DNA of 64,000 bases from Pyrinomonadaceae bacterium (GCA_047973305.1 JBKEBT010000150.1:1548-65547); one strand, 5' to 3'; positions 37,414 to 46,957 are shown, counted from the stretch's first letter. Notes: generated from the letters alone by a model not told the origin. A program made the numbers and translations.

Positions 37414-38178
37414 ATGAAATTAAAAGATAAAGTTGCCATTGTTACCGGCGGCGGAACCGGAATCGGAAAAGGAATAAGCCGATGTTTGGCAAGTGCCGGC
37501 GCGAAAATTGTAATTGCACAGCCAACGCTCGAAAAAGCAAACGCAGCTGCCGAAGAATTTCGTAAAGAAGGGTTTGAAGTTTTGCCGATGAGCGTAGATA
37601 TAAGTTCGCGAAAAACGGTAAAAGCAATGGTTGCGGAAACGCTGGACAAATTCGGAAGAATCGACATTTTGGTAAACAACGGCGCCCTGACCGGATCAAA
37701 AGCAACCGCACCTTTTCTTGAAATTACTGACGAACTTTTGGATAGAACGGTTGATGTGAATCTCAAGGGAACGGTGATTGTTTCGCAAGAAGTAGCCCGC
37801 AACATGATTGAACACGGTGGTTCTATTATCAATATTTCATCAGTCGGCGCTTTCGCTGCTCAAGAAGGAGCATCAATTTACTGCGCAACAAAATCGGCAC
37901 TCTTGGGTTTAACGAAAACTATGGCATTGGAACTTGCACCGCAAAATATACGTGTAAATGCAATTGCGCCGGGAGACATATTAACTGAAACCAGCGAACG
38001 CATTGTTGAAGAGAAAATGGAAGATGGATATTCAAATAAGTATCTGCGCAAGATTCCGCTAGACCGACGCGGCAAACCTTCCGAAATCGGTAAAACCGCC
38101 GTGTTTTTAGCGTCTGACGATGCCTCTTACATCACGGGTGAAACAATTGTGGTTGATGGCGGTTTCTTGATTTATTGA
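37414..38178 (+). CDS. Short-chain dehydrogenase/reductase (SDR)
   Basis: Motifs TGGGTGIGKG, NNGA and the catalytic YCATKSA (YxxxK). Confidence 0.9.
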   Translation: MKLKDKVAIVTGGGTGIGKGISRCLASAGAKIVIAQPTLEKANAAAEEFRKEGFEVLPMSVDISSRKTVKAMVAETLDKFGRIDILVNNGALTGSKATAPFLEITDELLDRTVDVNLKGTVIVSQEVARNMIEHGGSIINISSVGAFAAQEGASIYCATKSALLGLTKTMALELAPQNIRVNAIAPGDILTETSERIVEEKMEDGYSNKYLRKIPLDRRGKPSEIGKTAVFLASDDASYITGETIVVDGGFLIY

Positions 38179-38400
38179 TTTTGAGCTGGGCGATGTTTTT
38201 CGCAACGCAAATGATTTCAACCATTAGTATTGAAACCGTGGATTAAAGATTTGAATGGGTTGGAAGACAATTGAGAGCCAAGCCGAACGATTAGTAACGA
38301 GAAACGCACGACGATATTTTCCCGAGGCGTTTTGAAAGTTTTGAACCAAATCATAAAAGTGGATGGAGGATAAACTGCAATAAAAGCAGCCTACAAAGTT

Positions 38401-39309
38401 ATGAAGTTGAAAGGAATGGTTCCGCCAATCGGAACACCGATAAATGAAGACGAAACTGTTGATGAAAATGGCTTACGCAAGCTTGTAAACTACTTAATAG
38501 ACGGCGGCGTCGATGGAGTTTTTGTCAATGGTTCAATGGGTTGTTCCGCGCTTTTGACTGATGCAGAACAGTTTCGCGCCATTGAAATTGTTGCGGATGA
38601 AGTAAACGGACGTGTTCCAGTAGTGGCAGGAATTTCAGATAGCAGCACGAAAAGGGTAATCGAAAAAACCAAAATTGTGGAACGCTTCAGGGTTGATTTC
38701 TTAACCGCGGTTGTGCCGTACTTTTTCAAATTAACACAACAGCAAGGAAAGCGATTTTTTCAGGAAGTTGCAGCCGCTGCGCAAAAGCCTGTCTTGATCT
38801 ACAACAACCCGTATTTAACTCCAATGGATTTTGAAGTTTCCACGTTACTAGAACTTTCTGAAGAACCTAATATAGTGGGCGTTAAAGATTCAAATCAAGA
38901 TTTCAACCGCTTAACAGGGTTGCTGGAAGCATTTCGTGGCAAAGATGAATTTACAATTATGCTCGGAACTGAACTCTTGATTCCGCAGGGCTTGATGATG
39001 GGTGCTGATGGTGCAATAGGCGGTGCGCACAACATTGCGCCGGCATTCGCTGCCGAGCTTTATAAGGCACATCTGGCTGGCGATTACGAAACGGCGTATG
39101 CGCGCAGCAACGACCTAGCGCAAATTTGCAAAATATTTCAGTATGGTTCAATTTGGGGAGGGTTTGAAGCGGCTTTGCAATTGCTGGGAATTTGCGAAAA
39201 GGTGGTTTTTGAGCCATACGCTTCTGCAAATGCCGACGAAAAACTGAAGGTTGAAGAGATTTTAAACGGTTGCGGTTTGCTGCAACAGCCTGTAGGTTCG
39301 CCAATTTAG
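38401..39309 (+). CDS. DapA/NanA-family class I aldolase (dihydrodipicolinate synthase family)
   Basis: Has the family pattern: GVFVNGSMGCSALL where GxxGE is expected, YNNP for the Tyr motif, and VGVKDS for the Schiff-base Lys. Confidence 0.8.
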   Translation: MKLKGMVPPIGTPINEDETVDENGLRKLVNYLIDGGVDGVFVNGSMGCSALLTDAEQFRAIEIVADEVNGRVPVVAGISDSSTKRVIEKTKIVERFRVDFLTAVVPYFFKLTQQQGKRFFQEVAAAAQKPVLIYNNPYLTPMDFEVSTLLELSEEPNIVGVKDSNQDFNRLTGLLEAFRGKDEFTIMLGTELLIPQGLMMGADGAIGGAHNIAPAFAAELYKAHLAGDYETAYARSNDLAQICKIFQYGSIWGGFEAALQLLGICEKVVFEPYASANADEKLKVEEILNGCGLLQQPVGSPI

Positions 39310-39313
39310 CTAA

Positions 39314-40066
39314 ATGAAAATCACTGATGAAATTTATTTGGTTGGAAGTTTGCAGCTTGGAATTTCGGGGCAATGGGATAGCCATGTTTACTTGATAAAG
39401 GGAACTGAGGGCTTGATATTGATTGATTCGGGCGGCGGAACTGATTGCGAAATGATATTCGATAATATTCGGCGTGAAGGGTTTGATCCGAATGAGATAA
39501 AATCAATTTTATTGACCCATTTCCATTTTGATCATTCATGTGGAGCCGCTGAAATCAGGGATAAAACCGGATGCGAAGTTTATATTTCTACCAAGTCAAG
39601 AGATTTGCTTGAAACCGGAACGGCAAAAGAAGCGGGACTTGAGCAGGCGATTGAACAAGGGGTTTACCCGGAGGGGTTTAAGTTTCGGAATTGCGTTGTA
39701 GATAAAGCATTGAATGACGGTGATGTGTTTGAAACAGCCGGGTTGAAATTTGAAACAATCGGCGTTGAAGGACATAGCGCGGATTCGATTTGTTATTTGG
39801 TTGAGCTAAATGGCAAGAAAAATTTATTTTCAGGCGACGTTCTTTTTTACGGCGGAATAATCGGCTTAATAAATGCACCGGGTTCCACTATGGATGGCTA
39901 TAGAAGGGATCTTAAAAAGCTTGCCAATTTGCATATTGAGGGACTTTTTCCGGGACATTTTTTGTTTACGATAAATGGCGGGCAGAAACATATAGATGCC
40001 GCGATTGAAATGTGTGAAAAAGGAGTGATTCCGCAAACCGTTGGGCAATACGGTGTAGTGTTTTAG
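39314..40066 (+). CDS. MBL-fold metallo-hydrolase
   Basis: HFHFDH metal-binding motif, followed downstream by GHSADS and a further His. Confidence 0.8.
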   Translation: MKITDEIYLVGSLQLGISGQWDSHVYLIKGTEGLILIDSGGGTDCEMIFDNIRREGFDPNEIKSILLTHFHFDHSCGAAEIRDKTGCEVYISTKSRDLLETGTAKEAGLEQAIEQGVYPEGFKFRNCVVDKALNDGDVFETAGLKFETIGVEGHSADSICYLVELNGKKNLFSGDVLFYGGIIGLINAPGSTMDGYRRDLKKLANLHIEGLFPGHFLFTINGGQKHIDAAIEMCEKGVIPQTVGQYGVVF

Positions 40067-40068
40067 AA

Positions 40069-41064
40069 ATGACTGTTTCAATTAAGGTTGACGAGTTCAG
40101 TTTTGAGCGAGTATCGGAAATCGGCAAACACCGATTGTTCTTGGAAATTGCTTCTGCCGGCGTTGGTGAACAAATCGGACTTCCCTTGTTGATTGCAAAT
40201 GGTGCTAGAACCGGTAAAACTCTCGTAGTTTTTGCGGGGGTTCACGGCGATGAACTGGAAGGCATTCAAGCGGTTCATGAGGTTTTTAATAGCCTTGACC
40301 CTGAAAGTTTGTGCGGAAGATTTATCGCCGTTCCGACCGCGAATCTTCCTGCAGTTCGGGCGATGCAGCGAAACAGTCCCATAGATTTATTGAATTTGGC
40401 GCGCGTATTTCCGGGCAACAAACACGGCAGTGTAACCGAGCGCATTGCCTTTTATCTTTCCACAATAATACTTCCGCAAGCCGATTTTTTTATCGATCTG
40501 CATAGTTCAGGGATAACTTCGTTGATGCCCCTAATGGTGGGTTACGATGCCGGTGAAACAATTGCGGGAACCGAATCAAAATCTGCGGCTTTGAAATTTG
40601 GAACGCCTGTAATGTGGGGACACGCTGAAATCGGACAAGGACGTTCGATAACTTCAGCCGGCGAACAGGGAATTCCGTGGCTTTATGTTGAATCACCAAG
40701 CGGGGGAAAAGTTTCTTCTGATTATTTGCCGTTTTACAGCAATGGTTTGTTCAACTTGCTAAAGCATCTGCATATTATTTCGGGTGAAATAGCCGAAAGC
40801 ACGCCTAAATACAGCCTGCTTGGCTCAGGTGATACGGATAGTGCACAAGTTGTAAACACTTACGGATTTTTTGTGTCGAAAGTAAAATTGCTTGATTTTG
40901 TTAAACGCGGAACGCTTATAGCTGAGGTTCGAAACGTTTACGGCGAAACGATTGAACAAGTTGTTGCCAAGAATGCGGGTTGCGTTTCAATGTTGCGAGC
41001 TGCGACGGTTGTTGAACCGGGCACGTTGGTCTGTTTGGTAGTTGAAGCAGAATTTGTAAATTAA
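40069..41064 (+). CDS. Succinylglutamate desuccinylase/aspartoacylase (AstE/AspA, M14-like) family deacylase
   Basis: GVHGDELEG zinc-binding motif, then DLHS later in the sequence. The 331-aa length is typical. Confidence 0.75.
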   Translation: MTVSIKVDEFSFERVSEIGKHRLFLEIASAGVGEQIGLPLLIANGARTGKTLVVFAGVHGDELEGIQAVHEVFNSLDPESLCGRFIAVPTANLPAVRAMQRNSPIDLLNLARVFPGNKHGSVTERIAFYLSTIILPQADFFIDLHSSGITSLMPLMVGYDAGETIAGTESKSAALKFGTPVMWGHAEIGQGRSITSAGEQGIPWLYVESPSGGKVSSDYLPFYSNGLFNLLKHLHIISGEIAESTPKYSLLGSGDTDSAQVVNTYGFFVSKVKLLDFVKRGTLIAEVRNVYGETIEQVVAKNAGCVSMLRAATVVEPGTLVCLVVEAEFVN

Positions 41065-41124
41065 CAAAGTTCATTCCAAATAAATCAAATAAAATTTAAG
41101 GTATTTAGTCTACCGGAGTAAAAA

Positions 41125-42594
41125 ATGGGTTTTTCAACTTTTGATTGGGTAGTAGTAGGAATCTATCTGTTGGCAAGCGTTTTGATTGGCGCATCATTTT
41201 TTAAGAAGCACGAAAACGCAAAAGATTATTTGCTGGCAGGTCGAAACATGCATTGGTTTCCGATAGCAATTTCGATTATTGCCACGGATTTAAGTGCGCT
41301 TTCTTATATCGGCGTTCCGGCATTGGTTTATAAAACCGACCTAAAATATATGATCACTGCAATCATGATGCCGTTGCAAATGCTTTTGGTTGTGGTTGTA
41401 TTTGTTCCACTTCTTTATCGGCTGAATATTTACACGGTTTATGGATATTTGGAACGCAGATTTAATAAGACTACAAGATTATATGCAGCTTTGTTGTTTA
41501 TGGGGGGGCGCGGCGCATGGCTTGCAACCATGATTTTTGCAACATCGGTTGTATTAACCGAAATTACGGGAATCGATACAGTTACAGCCATTATTATCTG
41601 CGGCTTGGCAACAACTGCCTACACATTCTTAGGAGGAATGGAAGCGGTTGTTTGGACTGATTTTATGCAGTTCTTTGTGTTGGTTGGCGGTGCAATAGCC
41701 ATATTGCTTTTTATACTTTACGGGTTTGGATGGGATTTTGGTCAAATTTGGACAATTGCATCGAACACCGGTCACACAAAATTTGTTGATTTTTCGTTTG
41801 ATTTTACCAAGGCGTTCACGTTTTGGGGGTTATTGTTTGGCTCTTTGATTTATCAGATTTCGACTTATGGAACCGATCAGCTCAATGTTCAGCGATATTT
41901 CGCGACCAAAGATTTGAAAAGCACTATCTGGGCAACGCTGGGTTCGGCAGTAATCTTGTTTCCGATTTTGATTTTGCTTTATGTTATCGGTCTTGGTTTG
42001 GTGGCATATTATCATTCGCATCCGGAGTTGCAAGCTACTTTGGGAAATCCGGACAGGGTAATGCCGCATTTTACATCCAATGTACTTCCAATGGGGCTTC
42101 GCGGTTTGGTTATTGCCGGAATCTTTGCGGCAACCATGTCCAGCATGTCTGCGGGAATAAACTCGTTGTCTACAAGCACAATGAAAGATTTGCTTGAACA
42201 AATCAGTCCAAAATTGATTAAGAACGAGTTGTTTTGGGCGCGCTCGTTGTGTTTGGGATGGGGAGTGCTTGTAACAATTATTGCGCTTGTGATGATCAGC
42301 GGACAACTTACGATTATTGAAAGATTTAATTCAATATACCAGCTTTTTGCGGGACCATTGGCGGGCATCTTCCTGTTGGGAATTCTTTCAAAAAGAACTT
42401 CGGCAGTTCCGGTGTTGCTCGGCTCGGTTGTTGGATTTGCAACGGCGATATATGTTCAGCAAACAACAAACATCCATTGGCTTTGGTTTGCTCCAATCGG
42501 TTTTGCGGTAACATATTTTATTGGGTACGTTGGAAGTTTCATAATTTCGAGTTCAAACTCTGCAGAACCTGAAGCCACTCAAAACGCTAGTTAG
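41125..42594 (+). CDS. Sodium:solute symporter (SSS) family transporter
   Basis: 489-aa protein with about 13 TM helices. The segments YLLAGRNMHWFPIAISIIATDLSALSYIG and GGMEAVVWTDFMQ are typical of SSS transporters. Confidence 0.85.
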   Translation: MGFSTFDWVVVGIYLLASVLIGASFFKKHENAKDYLLAGRNMHWFPIAISIIATDLSALSYIGVPALVYKTDLKYMITAIMMPLQMLLVVVVFVPLLYRLNIYTVYGYLERRFNKTTRLYAALLFMGGRGAWLATMIFATSVVLTEITGIDTVTAIIICGLATTAYTFLGGMEAVVWTDFMQFFVLVGGAIAILLFILYGFGWDFGQIWTIASNTGHTKFVDFSFDFTKAFTFWGLLFGSLIYQISTYGTDQLNVQRYFATKDLKSTIWATLGSAVILFPILILLYVIGLGLVAYYHSHPELQATLGNPDRVMPHFTSNVLPMGLRGLVIAGIFAATMSSMSAGINSLSTSTMKDLLEQISPKLIKNELFWARSLCLGWGVLVTIIALVMISGQLTIIERFNSIYQLFAGPLAGIFLLGILSKRTSAVPVLLGSVVGFATAIYVQQTTNIHWLWFAPIGFAVTYFIGYVGSFIISSSNSAEPEATQNAS

Positions 42595-42738
42595 GTAGGT
42601 GTTTTGCGGTTTTTTGTTCGAACAACAGCAAGAAGAGTGTTTTATTTGGTGGTAGTTGGATTTGTAAGTAAAAAACAGAACAGACAATTCCTTGGGCAAA
42701 AATACCGAATAGATTTCGGATTCTATTATTTGATTAAT

Positions 42739-43110
42739 ATGATTGAACATACAGTAGTTGGTGAACTGAAGCTTCCTTTTTCGCATGCGGTTCGCGTTGA
42801 TAATTTTGTATTCATTTCCGGACAGGCTTCGGTTGATTTATCAAGCGGTGAAATTATTTCAGGCACACTTGCTGAAGAAGTTGGGCAATCCATGCAAAAC
42901 TTACGAACGATTCTTGAGAACGCCGGTGCGCAGTGGGAAGATATTGTTAAAGTTGGATGTTTCGTACGCCGAAATGAAGATTTGGCTGAATTCAATGTGC
43001 TTTACCGTCAGTATTTCTGCGAGCCATTTCCGGCGCGTACAACCGTTACCAATTGTTTGCCACCCAGCTTGCTTTTTGAAATCGATTGCGTTGCGGTAAT
43101 TAAGAAATAA
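42739..43110 (+). CDS. RidA/YjgF/Endoribonuclease L-PSP family protein
   Basis: Motifs FVFISGQ, NLRTILENAGAQWEDIVKV and ARTTV..LP....EIDCVA. I placed the start at the ATG at 42739; the upstream part of ORF 42604 looks non-coding. Confidence 0.85.
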   Translation: MIEHTVVGELKLPFSHAVRVDNFVFISGQASVDLSSGEIISGTLAEEVGQSMQNLRTILENAGAQWEDIVKVGCFVRRNEDLAEFNVLYRQYFCEPFPARTTVTNCLPPSLLFEIDCVAVIKK

Positions 43111-43192
43111 GCGTGTCGATTTCGGCAATCCAACCGTTTGTCAGTCAACAAAAGCCTTTCTTCAGTTAAAGAACACAGTTTTTTACAGTTTG

Positions 43193-43208
43193 GTTCAACG
43201 GGCTGAAC
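43193..43208. promoter_or_regulatory. GTTCA-N6-TGAAC inverted repeat, second copy
   Basis: GTTCAACGGGCTGAAC followed by CAAAG. Compare GTTCAGCCGGCTGAAC followed by CAATAAAG at 36619. Confidence 0.45.
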
Positions 43209-43333
43209 AAAGTGCCGGAAAAGTACAAATTGGGTATTTTAATTGTTTAATAATTAACCTATTGTTACCGAGATAAAATCAAAAAGAAGTCGGAAGACTT
43301 AGAAATAGCAAATAAGATGATTCGAAGTTGTTT

Positions 43334-43412
43334 ATTTTCGAATCGAAAATCCTCCTTTAGAAAATGGGTTACCTTAATTCCAACCTATTCGATTTTGGAA
43401 AATAAAATCGAA
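43334..43412. promoter_or_regulatory. Two AT-rich TCGA-centred palindromes in the TonB-receptor leader
   Basis: ATTTTCGA-A-TCGAAAAT at 43334..43350 has 8-bp arms. TTCGATTTT-N7-AAAATCGAA at 43388..43412 has 9-bp arms and abuts the ops-like block. Confidence 0.4.
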
Positions 43413-43441
43413 ATGGCGGTAGCCCGTAATTATTCCGAATC
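43397..43441 (+). promoter_or_regulatory. ops-like element (GGCGGTAGCCCG, 43415..43426) inside the 45-nt conserved leader block, copy B
   Basis: GGAAAA-N6-CGAAATGGCGGTAGcccGTaATTattcCGAATC. It is identical to copy A at 32 of 45 positions, including a 14-nt perfect run. The ops core ends 112 nt before the receptor ATG; in copy A the distance is 116 nt. Confidence 0.6.
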
Positions 43442-43537
43442 ACCTACCTCAAATTGTAGATTGACTAAGCGCTTTTAAGAAATTTGCGCGAGTTGATTTT
43501 ATGTCGAGTTGTCAAAATAAAATAGGAGCGTTCAAAC

Positions 43538-46500
43538 ATGAAAAATGTATTTAGGCTGATCTTTTTTTCACTTTGTCTTATTGGCGTGCATACAGCATTT
43601 GGGCAAACTACCAATCAAGGAACGATTGTTGGAACAGTTAAAGACCAAATGGGCGATGCAATCCCTGCAGTGGTTGTATCAATCACAAACAATGAAACCG
43701 GTGCAGGCAGAACTGCCACAACAGATGAGCACGGAAACTATCGGGTTGATTTTTTGACACCCGGGGTATATCGAATATTGGCGGAGCTTTCAGGATTTAA
43801 GAAAGCCGAATTATCACAGATAACTGTGAATGTAAGCGATATTACCAGAGCCGATATTAAAATGGAGATTGGGCAAATTTCCGAACAAGTAACGGTTGAT
43901 AACGATACTGCGGGAATGGTAAATACAGAAAACGCCACATTTGGTGAAGTAATAAACGAGAACATCATTCAAAATATGCCGTTAAATGGAAGGGAATTTG
44001 TTGAGCTTTCAGGATTGGTTCCCGGGGTTTCCGATGGAAGCGGTAAAACGGGTTCAATTTCCAGCAAAGGCGTAGCGACCGCGGTAGGCGGTTCCCGTTC
44101 ATCATACAACTCATTTTATGTTGATGGGGCAGATTCAACCGATAACTATTTCGGGCAGTTGGTTTCATCACCGGCATTGGATGCAGTTAAGGAATTTCGC
44201 GTTGAAACTAGTTTGTATTCCGCACGCTTCGGACGCGCCGGCGGTGGCGTAATAAATGTAGTCACAAAGTCCGGCACAAATGATTTTCATGGTTCACTCT
44301 ACGAATTTCATCGAAGCGAAGATTTTGATGCAATGCCGTATTTCTATACCGGTCCAAAAGAAGATAGACCCACGTACCTGCAAAATCAATATGGCGGCAC
44401 TATAGGCGGTCCGGTTTACCTTCCAACTTTGGGTTTTGGCGGAAAGAAATATTACAGTGGCAAAAACAGAACATTTTTCTTTTTTAGCACGGAGTTTTAT
44501 CGTCAAAAGAAGCCCGGACAGTTCATTGAAGGTATTGCGCCTACGGCGTTGGAACGCGTAGGAAATTTCACGGAAACTATCAATCCGTACACGAATGCGC
44601 CCGTTACACTCGTTTATCCAAATGTTTACAAAGTTACATCAACGTGTCCCGATCCAACGCAACCACCGGTAACTTCGGGCACTCCTTCAGCCGGACAGCA
44701 CTGTCAGCAGATGCCGATTACCAACAAAATTTTACCGGCAAACTTAATCAATCCTTTGGGTCAGAAGTTGATGGATTTAATTCCGGAACCGAATTATGAT
44801 GATCCGATATTCAACCTACGAGTCTTTAAGAGCGGCAGACATACAGCTGACAAATATCTCATAAAACTCGACCACAATTTCAAAGACGGCAGCAATCTAA
44901 ACGGAAGCTACAATTACGGAATTTACGACAATACGAACCCGGGGATAACTGATTTTGCCGCAACCAATTCATACGATTACGGAAAAACTTTGGCAATTGG
45001 CTTTACCAAGCCGATAAATCGAAATTTGGTTTCGGACACAAAGTTTAATTATACGTGGAGCGACAGCGGACTAAGACAATTGGCTTCGGACAAAAACTAC
45101 GCTGAAGAATATGGTTTTTGGGTTGGAGGACAAAAGCCCGATATAAACGGATTTCCAAGAGTACAACTCTACACCGTTGGAAACAGGTATATGACATTGG
45201 GCTCATCAGGTCCTAACATGCGAAGCAACAAAACAATGTATGTACGCGAAGACCTGATCTATATCAAAGGCAACCACACAATTTCATTGGGTGCCGATTT
45301 TAAGGCGCAGGATTATGGCTGGATTTACGATGTTGCAATGTTTGGCGCGTATTACATTGGAATTCTTGAAAATGGAGTTACATCCGGAAACCTTTACTAC
45401 AGAGTTACGGGGCATACATTTGGAAACTTGCTAACAGGAATTTCTTCTTATTCATCTTATAGTTACGGCGATTCCAGATATGCTAGATCGCAGCGCAACA
45501 GCATTGGTACATACTTGCAGGATGATTGGAAAGTTTCAGACCGTTTAACGATGAACTTGGGGCTCAGATACGATTTTGAACCGCCTTTCAGTAGCAAAGA
45601 TGGCAAGTTTATGACGCTTAATTGGGAAAATGGCATGCCGCTTTATTCCAAACAAACCAATTCTTCATTGCTGCAAGATTTAAAATTTAATTATCAAACG
45701 GGTGGTCCAAAAACTCCGTTTGATGCAAACAAACTAAATTTTGCTCCACGAGTTGGCTTCGCACTCAACATTTTTAATGACAATTCAACTGTGCTTCGCG
45801 GCGGATTCGGGCTGGTTTACAATAGCGAAAGCTTTTACACCACGGGTTACGGATCGTTCGTTGCGCCGTTCGGCGGTACTTTTATTTGGAGAACGCGTGC
45901 AGCGTTGCAGCCCGATTTGGTAAATCACTTGATTCCGATGGATCAAGAACCGTATCAGCTGCCGCTTACTGAGCCAACTTCTCCGGGCAGCACTTGGGTA
46001 AACCCCAGATACTATCCGACAGGATATGTTCAGAATTGGAATCTCGGCATATCGCGAGAAATAGGCTGGGGAGTTGTTGCTGAAACATCTTATGTTGGTT
46101 CGAAGGGAACCAACCTAAACGGACTTGGTTCATTGAGAAGTTACGATCCTGCACTATTGGCAAAAGCCAAAGAAAATAACCCCGAATGGGTTACAACCGG
46201 CGGAAGTAACGTAGTAAGCCTTAGATTAAAGGGTTTTAATTCTAGTTATCATTCTTTACAGGCAAAGCTCAGGAAACGGTTCCGAAATGGAATAAGCTTT
46301 TTAGGTGCGTATACATGGTCACATACAATGGCTGAAGCATCTAACGATCTTGTAGATGAAAATCTTGATTCGTTGGATACAGAAACGCAAACCTATGTGT
46401 ATAAACGAATAGATACAAATGCCGATTTCGATATCCGCCACCGCTTTACCTTTTCCGGCACATACGATTTACCGTTTGGTAAGGGGCAGCATTTTGGATC

Positions 46501-46957
46501 TGATTGGAATTCATTTGTAAATACATTGTTTGGAAACTGGCGTCTAAATATGATTACCAAAATGCAATCGGGTCAGCCGTTCAGCGTTCGTGGTACAAAT
46601 GGTCGCCCGCCGAACAGACTCTGTGACGGAAACCTTCCGGCAAGCGAAAGAACCGTTGAAAGATGGTTTGATACAAGTTGTTTTGTTGATTCGGCTTCAA
46701 GCACCATAAACGGTAATGCATCGCCAAACATCATTTGGGGACCAAATTTGATTGCATTCGATTTTGGTCTTCATAAAGAACTAAAGTTTGGTGATAATGT
46801 TAAATTGCAGCTTCGCGGTGAAGCCTTTAACGCTTTTAACAGAGTTAACCTAATAGGACCAAGTCTTAATTACTTTGTTAATGCGGATTCAGGCGCAACG
46901 CTTACTCGGCAGCGTGACAACAGAAGTCTTCAATTTGGTTTAAGACTTATTTTTTAA
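43538..46957 (+). CDS. TonB-dependent receptor with N-terminal carboxypeptidase-regulatory-like domain
   Basis: Signal peptide, then GTIVGTVKDQMGDAIPAVVVSITNNETG (CarboxypepD_reg-like), a plug region, a 1139-aa beta-barrel and a C-terminal aromatic residue (LRLIF). An AGGAG Shine-Dalgarno lies 8 nt upstream. Confidence 0.88.
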   Translation: MKNVFRLIFFSLCLIGVHTAFGQTTNQGTIVGTVKDQMGDAIPAVVVSITNNETGAGRTATTDEHGNYRVDFLTPGVYRILAELSGFKKAELSQITVNVSDITRADIKMEIGQISEQVTVDNDTAGMVNTENATFGEVINENIIQNMPLNGREFVELSGLVPGVSDGSGKTGSISSKGVATAVGGSRSSYNSFYVDGADSTDNYFGQLVSSPALDAVKEFRVETSLYSARFGRAGGGVINVVTKSGTNDFHGSLYEFHRSEDFDAMPYFYTGPKEDRPTYLQNQYGGTIGGPVYLPTLGFGGKKYYSGKNRTFFFFSTEFYRQKKPGQFIEGIAPTALERVGNFTETINPYTNAPVTLVYPNVYKVTSTCPDPTQPPVTSGTPSAGQHCQQMPITNKILPANLINPLGQKLMDLIPEPNYDDPIFNLRVFKSGRHTADKYLIKLDHNFKDGSNLNGSYNYGIYDNTNPGITDFAATNSYDYGKTLAIGFTKPINRNLVSDTKFNYTWSDSGLRQLASDKNYAEEYGFWVGGQKPDINGFPRVQLYTVGNRYMTLGSSGPNMRSNKTMYVREDLIYIKGNHTISLGADFKAQDYGWIYDVAMFGAYYIGILENGVTSGNLYYRVTGHTFGNLLTGISSYSSYSYGDSRYARSQRNSIGTYLQDDWKVSDRLTMNLGLRYDFEPPFSSKDGKFMTLNWENGMPLYSKQTNSSLLQDLKFNYQTGGPKTPFDANKLNFAPRVGFALNIFNDNSTVLRGGFGLVYNSESFYTTGYGSFVAPFGGTFIWRTRAALQPDLVNHLIPMDQEPYQLPLTEPTSPGSTWVNPRYYPTGYVQNWNLGISREIGWGVVAETSYVGSKGTNLNGLGSLRSYDPALLAKAKENNPEWVTTGGSNVVSLRLKGFNSSYHSLQAKLRKRFRNGISFLGAYTWSHTMAEASNDLVDENLDSLDTETQTYVYKRIDTNADFDIRHRFTFSGTYDLPFGKGQHFGSDWNSFVNTLFGNWRLNMITKMQSGQPFSVRGTNGRPPNRLCDGNLPASERTVERWFDTSCFVDSASSTINGNASPNIIWGPNLIAFDFGLHKELKFGDNVKLQLRGEAFNAFNRVNLIGPSLNYFVNADSGATLTRQRDNRSLQFGLRLIF

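Noticed and set aside
38179-38400. Small ORFs (17 aa and 26 aa, for example MGWKTIESQAERLVTRNARRYFPEAF) in the 222-nt gap between the SDR and aldolase genes.
   Set aside because: Neither has a convincing Shine-Dalgarno or a recognisable family, so they may be chance ORFs. The gap itself is unexplained, but I cannot support a feature call.
42604-42738. N-terminal 45-aa extension of the RidA ORF as given in the track.
   Set aside because: RidA proteins are about 120-130 aa. The extension (MRFFVRTTARRVFYLVVV...) has no family counterpart, and an in-frame ATG at 42739 gives the canonical N-terminus.
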